A stretch of DNA of 29,592 nt from a virus (taxonomy: Duplodnaviria > Caudoviricetes): positions 1 to 29,592 of IMG/VR virus record IMGVR_UViG_3300028607_000629. One strand, 5' to 3'. The notes below the pieces were generated by a model, which saw only the letters and a program-made list of their open reading frames with translations, had not been told where the DNA came from and ran no database searches. Position 1 is the first letter of the stretch, and each line of letters opens with the position of its first letter. The position numbers and the translations under genes are program-made. Of this stretch, positions 7,472-17,224 are shown in pieces.

Positions 7472-8956
7472 ATGGGAGATGTGGAAACCCGAATTTATAG
7501 TATTGTTAGTGCTCAAGATGCATTAAATGAATCTACTGGCAAATTAATGGATTCAATGCTATACCTCAATAATTCTAGAATATGGACTACAATGAGCAGA
7601 ATAGTGTCGGGTATCCTTCCTGGCTTTTGGTCAGTTCAAAATAAATTCAGAGCAATAACTGATGTGTTTAGAGGATACAATGATTACTCTGTTGAAAGTA
7701 ATAAAGCGGTATTGAAACAAATGAAGTCATTTGCTAAATTAAGTAATCAATTAAAGGTTATTCCAGATGATTTTTATAAAATGGGTCAGGCAGTAACTGA
7801 TGCTATGAATGAAGAAGATTGGGTAGCATTTGATTTAATGGGAGAAGCAATGTGGGCAGATATGGATAAATTTATGAAGATGGCCAAAGAGCATGTCTCT
7901 GAATTTGACACAATTAAAGAAATGGTTGAAGGTGCAGGTTTTGGTGATATTCAATTAAGAAAAGAAATATTGGGAGCAATTGAGCCACAAAGGGAAGACG
8001 CCGAAGCAAAGAAGAAGAAAATGTCTGATGAATATAAGAAAAAGGTACAGAGAGAGGAAAAAATGGCATCAATTCTAGAAGGCTTAGACCCCTCAAAGGA
8101 TGGAGTGAAAATATGGTTCCTAAGACAGAGAATGAAAATAGGACTATTGTTAGTAGGGGCGGGTGCATTCTTCAAGGGTGCTATGATGTGGTTTGCAGGA
8201 ATAGCAATTGTCCTAGCACTCATTATTGGGTGGTTCAAAAAGTCGGCACCGATGCTAAAAGGAGCATGGGAATTCATAAAGGCTTCATTAACATTAGTAG
8301 TAGAAGGAGTAATTCAGATAGTAAAAGGATTTATTTGGATGATTCAGGGAGCATTGACAGGAGACATAGAATTAGTATTAAAGGGGCTCTTTGAGGGAAT
8401 CCTGCTGGGAGCATTTAAGATTCTTATAGGTTTAGTTGGAACATTAATTGGAGTAGCAGGAGCCATAGTTATAGGACTCTTAGGACCAATAATGGAAAAA
8501 CTAGGACTTATTGAAAATTCTGTTACGGACATAAAAAGTTGGTTTGGCGTTTTAGGAAGTATATTAATTGTCTTGGGGGCAATAGTTGCAATACTTGGAG
8601 CCCCTGCTTTTATAGGAACATTCCTTTACTCTGCTGCATTTACTATTGGGCGGGCTATTGCTCTGTTAATAGTGGGTGCATTTTTAAAGTTAATTGGAAG
8701 CGCCCATACAGGAGGAATGAGAAGTGGATTGACTCTTGTAGGAGAAAAGGGGCCAGAATTAGTCACATTACCAAAGGGTTCAAGAGTTCATTCTAATGCA
8801 GAAAGTAGAAGGATGGCTGGAGGAAATACTATCCATGTTCACATTAATGGAAGACTTGGTGCTTCTGATATAGAAATAAGAGACATAGCAGATAAGGTTG
8901 GAAGAGAAATTAATCTCAGAATGAATAGAACATCCAATACACAAATGAGGTTCTAA
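7472..8956 (+). CDS. Tape measure protein (short, 494 aa)
   Basis: Follows the frameshifted chaperone; helical with long Gly/Ile/Leu hydrophobic segments. C-terminal AHTGG...LVGEKGPELVTLPKGSRVHSN is a typical TMP motif. Confidence 0.85.
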   Translation: MGDVETRIYSIVSAQDALNESTGKLMDSMLYLNNSRIWTTMSRIVSGILPGFWSVQNKFRAITDVFRGYNDYSVESNKAVLKQMKSFAKLSNQLKVIPDDFYKMGQAVTDAMNEEDWVAFDLMGEAMWADMDKFMKMAKEHVSEFDTIKEMVEGAGFGDIQLRKEILGAIEPQREDAEAKKKKMSDEYKKKVQREEKMASILEGLDPSKDGVKIWFLRQRMKIGLLLVGAGAFFKGAMMWFAGIAIVLALIIGWFKKSAPMLKGAWEFIKASLTLVVEGVIQIVKGFIWMIQGALTGDIELVLKGLFEGILLGAFKILIGLVGTLIGVAGAIVIGLLGPIMEKLGLIENSVTDIKSWFGVLGSILIVLGAIVAILGAPAFIGTFLYSAAFTIGRAIALLIVGAFLKLIGSAHTGGMRSGLTLVGEKGPELVTLPKGSRVHSNAESRRMAGGNTIHVHINGRLGASDIEIRDIADKVGREINLRMNRTSNTQMRF

Positions 8957-8957
8957 T

Positions 8958-9686
8958 ATGGTTGATTTGGCTGGAAATCATTTTGTTATGTTAGAATTGA
9001 GCCGTAGGGCGGCAGCAAAAAGTGTTACAAACCAAGATGATATTGAAACAAATAGAATATCACTACTCTGTGAAACAATAGATATTAGCACCACTAAAAC
9101 GGCTTTCCCTATGGATATTCCTTTCTCTGGGGTTATTTCTGGAGAGTCTGCTACTATGGTTATGGATTTAGGAGCAGCACGGAAAGACATAAATATCACA
9201 GGAAAAATACATGACCAAACAATAACTAAATTCAAAGGAGGGGAAAATGAAATCGCAAAACGAGTTCATATGACTAGTTACGAAATAGCGCAATTATTAC
9301 ATTCCTATGTTGACTCTTCTTTCTTACATGAAGACCAAAATTTATCCAAATTAATTATATTAATGCCTAGCAGGGTTGATGATAATTTTGAATATAGAGT
9401 AGTTAATGGTGAAACTCTTACTGCAAATACCCCAATAGAAGATTGTCCATTGATTCCTTTCCACTTTGCTAACAGAAAATACGATGTTCCCTCTTGGAGT
9501 TATGGACACACTCAAGATACCTTTGACCCATTTGTTGATGTATCAAAGAAGATACAAGGAATTAGAGGAATGGTTAGCACATTTGGCTGTAATTTTGCAG
9601 GACCAGAAACTCCTCTGGTTGGGTTCAATTTGACATTCATACAGGCAGCCACAGTATTATCAGATTTCATAAATACATCATTTTGA
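8958..9686 (+). CDS. Putative distal tail (Dit)-like / baseplate protein
   Basis: Immediately after TMP; beta-rich with MDLGAARKDINITGKI segment. Mostly a positional inference. Confidence 0.55.
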   Translation: MVDLAGNHFVMLELSRRAAAKSVTNQDDIETNRISLLCETIDISTTKTAFPMDIPFSGVISGESATMVMDLGAARKDINITGKIHDQTITKFKGGENEIAKRVHMTSYEIAQLLHSYVDSSFLHEDQNLSKLIILMPSRVDDNFEYRVVNGETLTANTPIEDCPLIPFHFANRKYDVPSWSYGHTQDTFDPFVDVSKKIQGIRGMVSTFGCNFAGPETPLVGFNLTFIQAATVLSDFINTSF

Positions 9687-9695
9687 GGAATAAAC

Positions 9696-10553
9696 ATGCC
9701 AGGAGTATATGTAGGAGATACTAAATCATTAGTCTTTCCTGTCATGTGTGATGGTTATTTGCAACTTAAGTATCTTGATAAAAATGAAGATAGTAGTGTA
9801 GATTTAGAACTACGCGAGGGTGTTTGGGGCCATACAGATTCCTTTTCTATTGAGGCTATAATTACACCATATGATGTTAATGGATATGGTTCTACGGGAG
9901 ACAATTCTATTGGCATGGGAGATTCCGAAAAGACCCCTCCAAGTGTGAACACAAATAATTCCAACCTTACAGATTATATGAGTGAGGATTATTTTGGAAC
10001 AAGTAGAACTGACCAGAAAATGATGCTATTTTATAATGCTAACTTTCAGTTTTATTTGGAAAACACCACAAGCACCAATGTAAATCAACCAGCAGAATAT
10101 CGTATAGGCGTTAAAATTCAATCAGAAGACCCAATAGTATCAGATACGGTTATTACGGCTCAAAATACTTTATACGGTTATTATGATAGTTTAGGTAAAT
10201 ATGAAGGTATTGCTACATCTCAAACCCTTTCAGGTGGCTCATATATTTCACAACCAAAAGAGGCACTTTACATAGAAACCCTGTATAAGATTGGGTGTAC
10301 AATACACACAAATGGAACAATTCAATTATTTATCAATGGAATATTAGCAACGGAAGAAGTAGTAAGTATCAGTAGTTTTAATTTTGGAACTACTGATTGC
10401 TATATTGGAAGAGACCCCGCCACATCTTATACACAATTTATGGGAGAATTACACGAAATCAGTATGTATAGAAGAGTTCAACCAACATTAAGTTCAACTG
10501 GTCTTTCCCCAGGGTATCATGATATAATTTTTTACTACAGATTTGGTGAGTGA
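9696..10553 (+). CDS. Virion protein with LamG / concanavalin A-like lectin fold
   Basis: SFSIEAIITP ... IQLFINGILA ... YIGRD...FMGELHEISMY matches the LamG-like jelly-roll signature. Confidence 0.75.
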   Translation: MPGVYVGDTKSLVFPVMCDGYLQLKYLDKNEDSSVDLELREGVWGHTDSFSIEAIITPYDVNGYGSTGDNSIGMGDSEKTPPSVNTNNSNLTDYMSEDYFGTSRTDQKMMLFYNANFQFYLENTTSTNVNQPAEYRIGVKIQSEDPIVSDTVITAQNTLYGYYDSLGKYEGIATSQTLSGGSYISQPKEALYIETLYKIGCTIHTNGTIQLFINGILATEEVVSISSFNFGTTDCYIGRDPATSYTQFMGELHEISMYRRVQPTLSSTGLSPGYHDIIFYYRFGE

Positions 10554-12983
10554 ATGGAACGATATGTCTATGTATTGAATAATGGTAAATATAGTAATGA
10601 GGATATAGACTTATCTTTTGCTAGCAAACATACTGCATTTCCGAATACAGCCTTTTCAGATACATCTGTGAATCCTGTGATTAAATCAACTAACATAAAT
10701 GCAGAATATGATGGGGTTTCTGCTAACTTCTTTGAGATTAGAAACGGTCCTTATGATGGAACTATTTCATCTGACGATTCAAGTCAAATAGTAAATAGAA
10801 TATATCCATCTGCCTATGCAACTGATATTACTCAATATGCTAAAAATAGACAACAAACCCGTTCTTACAAATTAAGGACATATTCTTCTAAGAGTAGTGA
10901 AATACATAATCAAAGGGTAATTGGAAGTGGTAGTATAGAAATGGATTTAAACCTGTATGATTATTTTGTATTAATTAATCCTGAGATATATCATCCTAGT
11001 AATGACAAATACCCAACTATAAGACCACACTTTGCCAAAATAACTCAAATAGTCTACTATGATGAGTATGGAGATGGATTTGAATTTGAGCCTAGATATG
11101 TTGGGCCTATCCCCAAAGACACTAACTTTGAAATATTCCAGGGACCAGAGGTAGGAAACACAGATATTGTCGCAGTTAGTTATGGCCTTCGTGGAGATGG
11201 TAATGAAATCAATCCAAATCATACAAACTATGATTTTATAACAGATAAATATGACGCGTCAAGTGTAGTTTCAAGACCAACATGGTATTTCTATAAAGAT
11301 AAATTAACCAATGCAAATCAGTTGAATTATGATACCAAATACAATCTAACTACTTGTAGATGGTGGGCTGATTGGACAGATGTAGGAGATTATGCAAATC
11401 TTTCTGCCGATACTCAATTTACTTTTGATGCACTTTTGACTACTCCTTCTAATCAGCCTTCATTAATCATAGGACAAAGTGTATATTACAAAGATAATTC
11501 TAATAATTACATATATATGGGAAATGTTTCAACAGATACATCAAGTAATTTTAGAGTGGATTATGCAAGAAATGCGTTACCTTTAACAACATCTCAAACA
11601 GACCTATCAGTATATGTTGGTAGAACAGTTCATCAATCAATATTTAGAACTGAAAGAGAGTTTGGAAACGAAATACAAGATTTGGGACCATTAAATCAAT
11701 CTGCAACTTTTGTGGATAGAATATATGATAAGGATACTATACATAAAGATTATGAAACAGATGGAACATATACTTTTAATCCCACTATTTGGAAAGATGC
11801 ATTTAGAAACTATAAAAGAACTACAGGAGACCTAAAATCTACAGCCTCTGGATATACTACAGCAGGAGTAATATCAACTATTACGGCCAATTTAACTGGA
11901 CCTAAGAGGTACATGTATTATAAATCTTCTCATCTTAAAAATAATGCGGTTAATCCTGTAACTGAATTGAGGGTAAATAATCCAAAGGAGAAGATTAGTC
12001 AAATTGCCAGAATTAAAACATTAGATGGTTCAGGCATACAGTTTTTGAAGTTAAAAGAAGATGCATCTTTAGTAGTGAAAAATTCGTTACATACCAATAC
12101 TCTTAAGCAATTCAAGTTACCATATAGTGCCGATAGTAACTATGAAAGTATTGGACCAATATTCTCAATAGTATTGAAGCAATTACCAGATAAAGAAGTG
12201 GACTATGGAGTATCAACCTCACTAGGAAATAAAGATATAGTTAGAGTAAATAATACCTATTACAGAGTAACAACAGTAAGTGTTGCGACAAATAATAAAC
12301 AATATATTAATGTCACTCACAAAAAATTGGCTAGTGATACTACTTGGACTCAAATGACTACATCATCACATTTAGAATCCTTTACTGGTGCAGATGTATA
12401 TGTAATGGCTTGGAATGGAGGACTCAATAGTAATTGTCCAATAGATACAGAAGTAATTTATGATTCTAATGTATTACAACGATTAACTATGCATGGTAAT
12501 ACCATTAATATAAAAGATAACAGTTTATATAATAGAAAGTTAGTTCTATTGAATATAGAGTTTTATGGTCATGACATTGATATAAACTATGGCGATTCAT
12601 CACATAATCACATTAAATTAAAAACAAGTAAAAAATTCTATCAGCCTAATCCTATTGACTTTATGTATTATTACAATGGTAACTATTGCATTGAGGATGA
12701 AGCATTTAATGGAACAATAGAAGATATAGAATCCAGTAGCACAGAAGGGATATTAACCTATACTATAACCGGAAGGGATAAAACTTCAATATTACTTAGT
12801 AATATAACTAGTAATAATTTGAACAAAACTGATGATATAGTTCTATCTTCATTGGCTCCTGTATTTGATCTTCTAATTCTACAAATCCTATTACCTTTAC
12901 TTCTGGAACAGATAATAATACTGCTGAAATGGCAGGTATGGCGAAATATGATTTACTGTTTAATGATGATGGAGTATTTCTAG
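10554..12983 (+). CDS. Baseplate hub/Tal-like giant protein, part 1 (genuine frame ends ~12869)
   Basis: FNGTIEDIES...YTITGRDKTSILL is a hub-domain-like motif. Residues after ~12870 (LLILQILLPLLL) look like out-of-frame translation. Confidence 0.7.
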   Translation: MERYVYVLNNGKYSNEDIDLSFASKHTAFPNTAFSDTSVNPVIKSTNINAEYDGVSANFFEIRNGPYDGTISSDDSSQIVNRIYPSAYATDITQYAKNRQQTRSYKLRTYSSKSSEIHNQRVIGSGSIEMDLNLYDYFVLINPEIYHPSNDKYPTIRPHFAKITQIVYYDEYGDGFEFEPRYVGPIPKDTNFEIFQGPEVGNTDIVAVSYGLRGDGNEINPNHTNYDFITDKYDASSVVSRPTWYFYKDKLTNANQLNYDTKYNLTTCRWWADWTDVGDYANLSADTQFTFDALLTTPSNQPSLIIGQSVYYKDNSNNYIYMGNVSTDTSSNFRVDYARNALPLTTSQTDLSVYVGRTVHQSIFRTEREFGNEIQDLGPLNQSATFVDRIYDKDTIHKDYETDGTYTFNPTIWKDAFRNYKRTTGDLKSTASGYTTAGVISTITANLTGPKRYMYYKSSHLKNNAVNPVTELRVNNPKEKISQIARIKTLDGSGIQFLKLKEDASLVVKNSLHTNTLKQFKLPYSADSNYESIGPIFSIVLKQLPDKEVDYGVSTSLGNKDIVRVNNTYYRVTTVSVATNNKQYINVTHKKLASDTTWTQMTTSSHLESFTGADVYVMAWNGGLNSNCPIDTEVIYDSNVLQRLTMHGNTINIKDNSLYNRKLVLLNIEFYGHDIDINYGDSSHNHIKLKTSKKFYQPNPIDFMYYYNGNYCIEDEAFNGTIEDIESSSTEGILTYTITGRDKTSILLSNITSNNLNKTDDIVLSSLAPVFDLLILQILLPLLLEQIIILLKWQVWRNMIYCLMMMEYF

Positions 12984-15900
12984 GAGAGGTAGATACTGTT
13001 ACAGGAACATCTAATGTTACTGTTACATTAAAAGGATATACTGGAGATTTCCCAGTAAAGATTACAGCGCATGATGCTAATTCTATTATGCTAGTTAAAT
13101 TAGGAGATGCCAATTATTTAACGGGAATGAAAGCAATGGCTGCAAATCTTGATGCTACAAAATATCCAACTGACTATTCCTCTATTGGAGAAAAGGGAGT
13201 AGTTTTCCATGATGGAGAAAAGATAACTTATTCTGGAGCATTTGCATATAGTGATTTATTGAACACTTCTTCTATCAGTTCATTCTCTAAAGATAGAACT
13301 ATAGGATATGATATTACTGATGTAAAAGGAATAGAGGAATCATATGATTCTAATTTTGCATTCAAACTATCTAATGAAAAATCAGCAAGTATAGATTATA
13401 AACCAACCCAAACAGTAGCCATGAGTCATTATCACATTGTGGATGTTAATGCCCAAACTGATGGCACCACATTCATAATAGCACCTATCTTCCCTATAGT
13501 TCTAGGAAGCATAGATACTAACAGACAAGTATTTGATTTGCCTGGACAATCAATAGATGGAGAGGTATACGGCGAATCTGCTACATGGGGAGATGATATG
13601 AGATATTTATACATGGTCAATTCTAATATTCTAAATGGTGGATTCATACATACACTACAAGACACTCATTCAGATTATTATACACCAAATAAAACATTCA
13701 GATATTGGGGAATACAAAGGTTCAAGGAAGGGAGTATTGCTGAAACTCATGACAGCATTTACAATGATAACAATAAAACTCAGAGAATTACTGCTGCCAT
13801 GCCTATGTATAAAATAAATGGATTAGGGACTAAATTAACTCCTACTGATAGCGGGCTTGACGCTGACTTAACTCCAACATTAAAACCTTTGAGAGAATCA
13901 AATCTATGGACCGCAACAGGAGTAGGATTAACAGGAGATAGGGTTCCTCCTATAGAATCTTATGAAGAGAACTCTCAACCCGAGAGCGTAAATTGGAACC
14001 AACTAGAAAATATAGATTATCGTGCAAAGAATTATGAACTCTTAGCAATTGGAGATATTTATCCTGATTCTAAATTAAGATGGAATAATATACAAGCACA
14101 AACAAAAGACTTTTCTACCTATGGAATGGTGATTGAATCAGAAGGCTCAAAAGGAAAGTCTATATCCCATCAAAACTTCACAGGCACAACTAATAATACT
14201 AATACTTCTGATTCAAACTATGAGAGAATAGAAATATCTAGTTCCCCTACAAAGACAAATGAAGTAAAAAGGTTTGGAATAATGAGATTAGTTGAGGCCA
14301 CTTTTGATTGGCACTTGAATCCTATTGATTATGAAAGTGTTGCTAGAAATGATGCCTATGATAAAATTACTAACTTCAACTATCCTAGAATGAAGATAGT
14401 AGATGGAACAAATAGTGTTGAAGATTATAATGGAACTATACATGCTAATCTAGAAAATTCGGTTACATTTGTTGAGGGCGATATTGCATATCAAAAGGAT
14501 GGCACAGTATATGCATATATTGAAACACTTATTGGTTCACAAAATAAAATTTCATATGCAGATATAGTTACTGGTTCCCATACCTATACAGGAGAAATAT
14601 ACATAATACGACAAAAGATGTTTCCACTACTTGCTGATGATAATGGGGTAGGATTAAATGGAATGGGAGCAAATGACTTTAAAATGCTAGAGGTATATTT
14701 GGCATTACCTGAAATAAACAGAGACTATTTTAACTTCACACTCTTAATACACAGTAATAACAAATTTGATGCACAGAATATTTTTGCCCCTGTAATTTCA
14801 GGAGTGTTAGGTTCTGGGTATTATAATGAGGAATATTCTCTGTTCCATGAAGCCAAACAATGGGATTCTTCTACAAATAATCCTATTTGGTATCATCCAT
14901 CTAGAGTAATCAATGCATTAAGCCAACCAACCTTTACCCCTGTATGGAGTGGAAGTGCCTGGTCTTCAACTTGGGGAATAGATGATGGTATTCAATACGC
15001 AATAGGAACTAAATCTGATTTGTATGGAAAAAGTCATGCACTATTTAGAGAATTGAAAAAAGCCACAAAGCAAGATAGTGATAATAAGGCATTCAATAAA
15101 CCAACCAGCGCCATAATTTCTAGGGGAACTTATGGCACAAATACTCATTATGATGATTATAGTGGTAGTGCTGATAATGGTGCATCACAGGGACAGGTTG
15201 CGCCTAATATAACAATGACTGACACCAATGGAACAGAATTTGTAGTATGTGGAGCAAAAACTAAAAGACATATTTATGCTGCTCCTGATGGAACAGATAG
15301 GACATGGGCAGTTAGAGACGACTATCATCAAGATTCCGATTCTTCATCCCCAAGAGGAGATTTATTTCAAGCACAAATGTTTATTAAACCAAGATTTGTA
15401 TTAGGGGGTGATACAAATTATGGAACTACTTTCAATTTTACTATTAATGATACTACAAACCATAAGTGGTTAGACTTTATGCCTGATTTAACTGGCTATT
15501 ATTTGGTCTCAGAAAAATTAGACAATGGTAATCTTCCCAGCGAAACTTATGGTAGTCATAAAACAATGGGTTCTCCAAAGTATATTGGAAGAATAAAAGA
15601 CCACACAACTAATATGAATGGGGATTACATAAGGCACATTTTCACATTAGATAATGCTTTGAACACAGCAGCGGATGAAGCAGGAGTAAGTTTCAAATTA
15701 ATGAGAATTTCAGAAACTACCTTTGAAGATACTCCAGATTATTTTGAGGTAAATCAAATGTTTGATACAGGATTAAAATATGATGGGTTAACTCAAAATT
15801 ACATTACTGGAATAGAACAAGAAAGCGGAGCAGATGTAACAGAAACAGAATATCTTGCTTATCAAGAAGGGCTATATTCAATGTATTTATTACTAGATGT

Positions 15901-16330
15901 TGATTATGGAAGTGATGCTAATACTCATATAGAACGAAGAACCATAGCCGATGCTGATGATTTATTTAGTAATGGTGATTCATTGAACTGCTGGATTACA
16001 GATGGAATAAATTCAATAGAGAAAAATATACTAGTTACTAAGGTGACGGGTTCTAAGTTAAGGTTTTCATATGAGGGAACATTAAAAGGATATGGTGTGG
16101 TATCCTTTGGAGAAACTATTACAATAGAAAGCCCATCTTCAATAAGCATTAGGTCACCCAAGATAGCATATATTGGAACTACATTTTCAATAGGAACAGA
16201 TGTTGAAAAGGCAATAGAAGAGATGCTGGAAGAAAATAATATTGAGATAGATACTTCTGAGAGAAATCTAATTTATACAGGTAATATAGTTGATAGTCTT
16301 ACTACTTCAACAAGCATTTCATTAGAATAA
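12869..16330 (+). CDS. Baseplate hub-like giant protein, part 2 (large beta-rich insertion)
   Basis: Frame open from 12869 (SSNSTNPITFTSGTDNNTAEMAG...); track ORF 12929-16330; ends with IGTDVEKAIEEMLEENNIE, a hub-like helix. Confidence 0.7.
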   Translation, partial: SSNSTNPITFTSGTDNNTAEMAGMAKYDLLFNDDGVFLGEVDTVTGTSNVTVTLKGYTGDFPVKITAHDANSIMLVKLGDANYLTGMKAMAANLDATKYPTDYSSIGEKGVVFHDGEKITYSGAFAYSDLLNTSSISSFSKDRTIGYDITDVKGIEESYDSNFAFKLSNEKSASIDYKPTQTVAMSHYHIVDVNAQTDGTTFIIAPIFPIVLGSIDTNRQVFDLPGQSIDGEVYGESATWGDDMRYLYMVNSNILNGGFIHTLQDTHSDYYTPNKTFRYWGIQRFKEGSIAETHDSIYNDNNKTQRITAAMPMYKINGLGTKLTPTDSGLDADLTPTLKPLRESNLWTATGVGLTGDRVPPIESYEENSQPESVNWNQLENIDYRAKNYELLAIGDIYPDSKLRWNNIQAQTKDFSTYGMVIESEGSKGKSISHQNFTGTTNNTNTSDSNYERIEISSSPTKTNEVKRFGIMRLVEATFDWHLNPIDYESVARNDAYDKITNFNYPRMKIVDGTNSVEDYNGTIHANLENSVTFVEGDIAYQKDGTVYAYIETLIGSQNKISYADIVTGSHTYTGEIYIIRQKMFPLLADDNGVGLNGMGANDFKMLEVYLALPEINRDYFNFTLLIHSNNKFDAQNIFAPVISGVLGSGYYNEEYSLFHEAKQWDSSTNNPIWYHPSRVINALSQPTFTPVWSGSAWSSTWGIDDGIQYAIGTKSDLYGKSHALFRELKKATKQDSDNKAFNKPTSAIISRGTYGTNTHYDDYSGSADNGASQGQVAPNITMTDTNGTEFVVCGAKTKRHIYAAPDGTDRTWAVRDDYHQDSDSSSPRGDLFQAQMFIKPRFVLGGDTNYGTTFNFTINDTTNHKWLDFMPDLTGYYLVSEKLDNGNLPSETYGSHKTMGSPKYIGRIKDHTTNMNGDYIRHIFTLDNALNTAADEAGVSFKLMRISETTFEDTPDYFEVNQMFDTGLKYDGLTQNYITGIEQESGADVTETEYLAYQEGLYSMYLLLDVDYGSDANTHIERRTIADADDLFSNGDSLNCWITDGINSIEKNILVTKVTGSKLRFSYEGTLKGYGVVSFGETITIESPSSISIRSPKIAYIGTTFSIGTDVEKAIEEMLEENNIEIDTSERNLIYTGNIVDSLTTSTSISLE

Positions 16331-17224
16331 TAGGCAAGGTCACTTCTGACCCAACAGGGAACTCAGCGTTGGTGGTATTAAACATCTTCTATAAACCAAA
16401 GAAGAATGATGAAATCACCAAATATGATAGAAGACCACATATCCTCAACACTAATTTCACAGACCAAGACATATTCTCCGCTATCAATTTTTTGGCAGCA
16501 AAAAAATCTTTAGACTACAACTTTGATGGTAATAAAATAAAGATTAGAGATTTGAGGAATTACAATACTTTTAGAAAGTTTGCATTAAAATATAGAGACG
16601 GTACGAATTTAATATCAGTGGACAGCAATACTAGTCTATTTGACAAGGGAAATAAGATTATAGTTATAGGGGACAATGTAAAAGCCACAGTAGAAATACC
16701 CTCAAAGAAACCTAGAACCATAAAGCATATAGATTCTAATATAAAGAATTCTCAGGAAGCAAAAATTAAGGCATTTGATTTGTTAGAATTACACAATAAA
16801 CCATCAAGAAAAATAACATTGACTCTAGAAAAAACTGGCTTTGAATTAATGCGAGCAGGCGATTTAATATCATTAAACTTTCCCAATCATAACATTCCTC
16901 CTGATGATTACATAGTATTTGAAATTGAAAATGTAATGTCTAGTGTGGCAAAGATAACAGTTGGAACATTCAATAAGGGTATTGCAGAAAGACTTTCAGA
17001 AATATCCTTAAGTCAATCTATTGGATTTACAAATTTATTCACAAAGAATACTAGTAAGACATTAACAGGTAAGGCAGTATTAGACCAATTCATGCCAATA
17101 GAAAGGTCATTAAACTATGAATTGAAATCAACATCAGGAGGTAGCATATTTGGCTTTGTTTAGTTTTACTACCTATTTTGCTTTTCCATCGGAAACAAAG
17201 GTTGTTACGGAGATTAAACTATGA
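16294..17224 (+). CDS. Baseplate hub-like giant protein, part 3 (C-terminal hub domains)
   Basis: Frame open from 16294; the track start is a TTG at 16369. Hub-like motifs DIFSAINFLA, NKIIVIGD, IDSNIKNSQEAKIKAFDLL, MRAGDLISLNFP. Stop at 17163, or at 17224 if one extra T is removed. Confidence 0.7.

Noticed and set aside
8130-8700. Multi-pass hydrophobic region as a cellular transporter or holin
   Set aside because: It lies inside the ORF that has the TMP position and the C-terminal VGEKGPEL motif.
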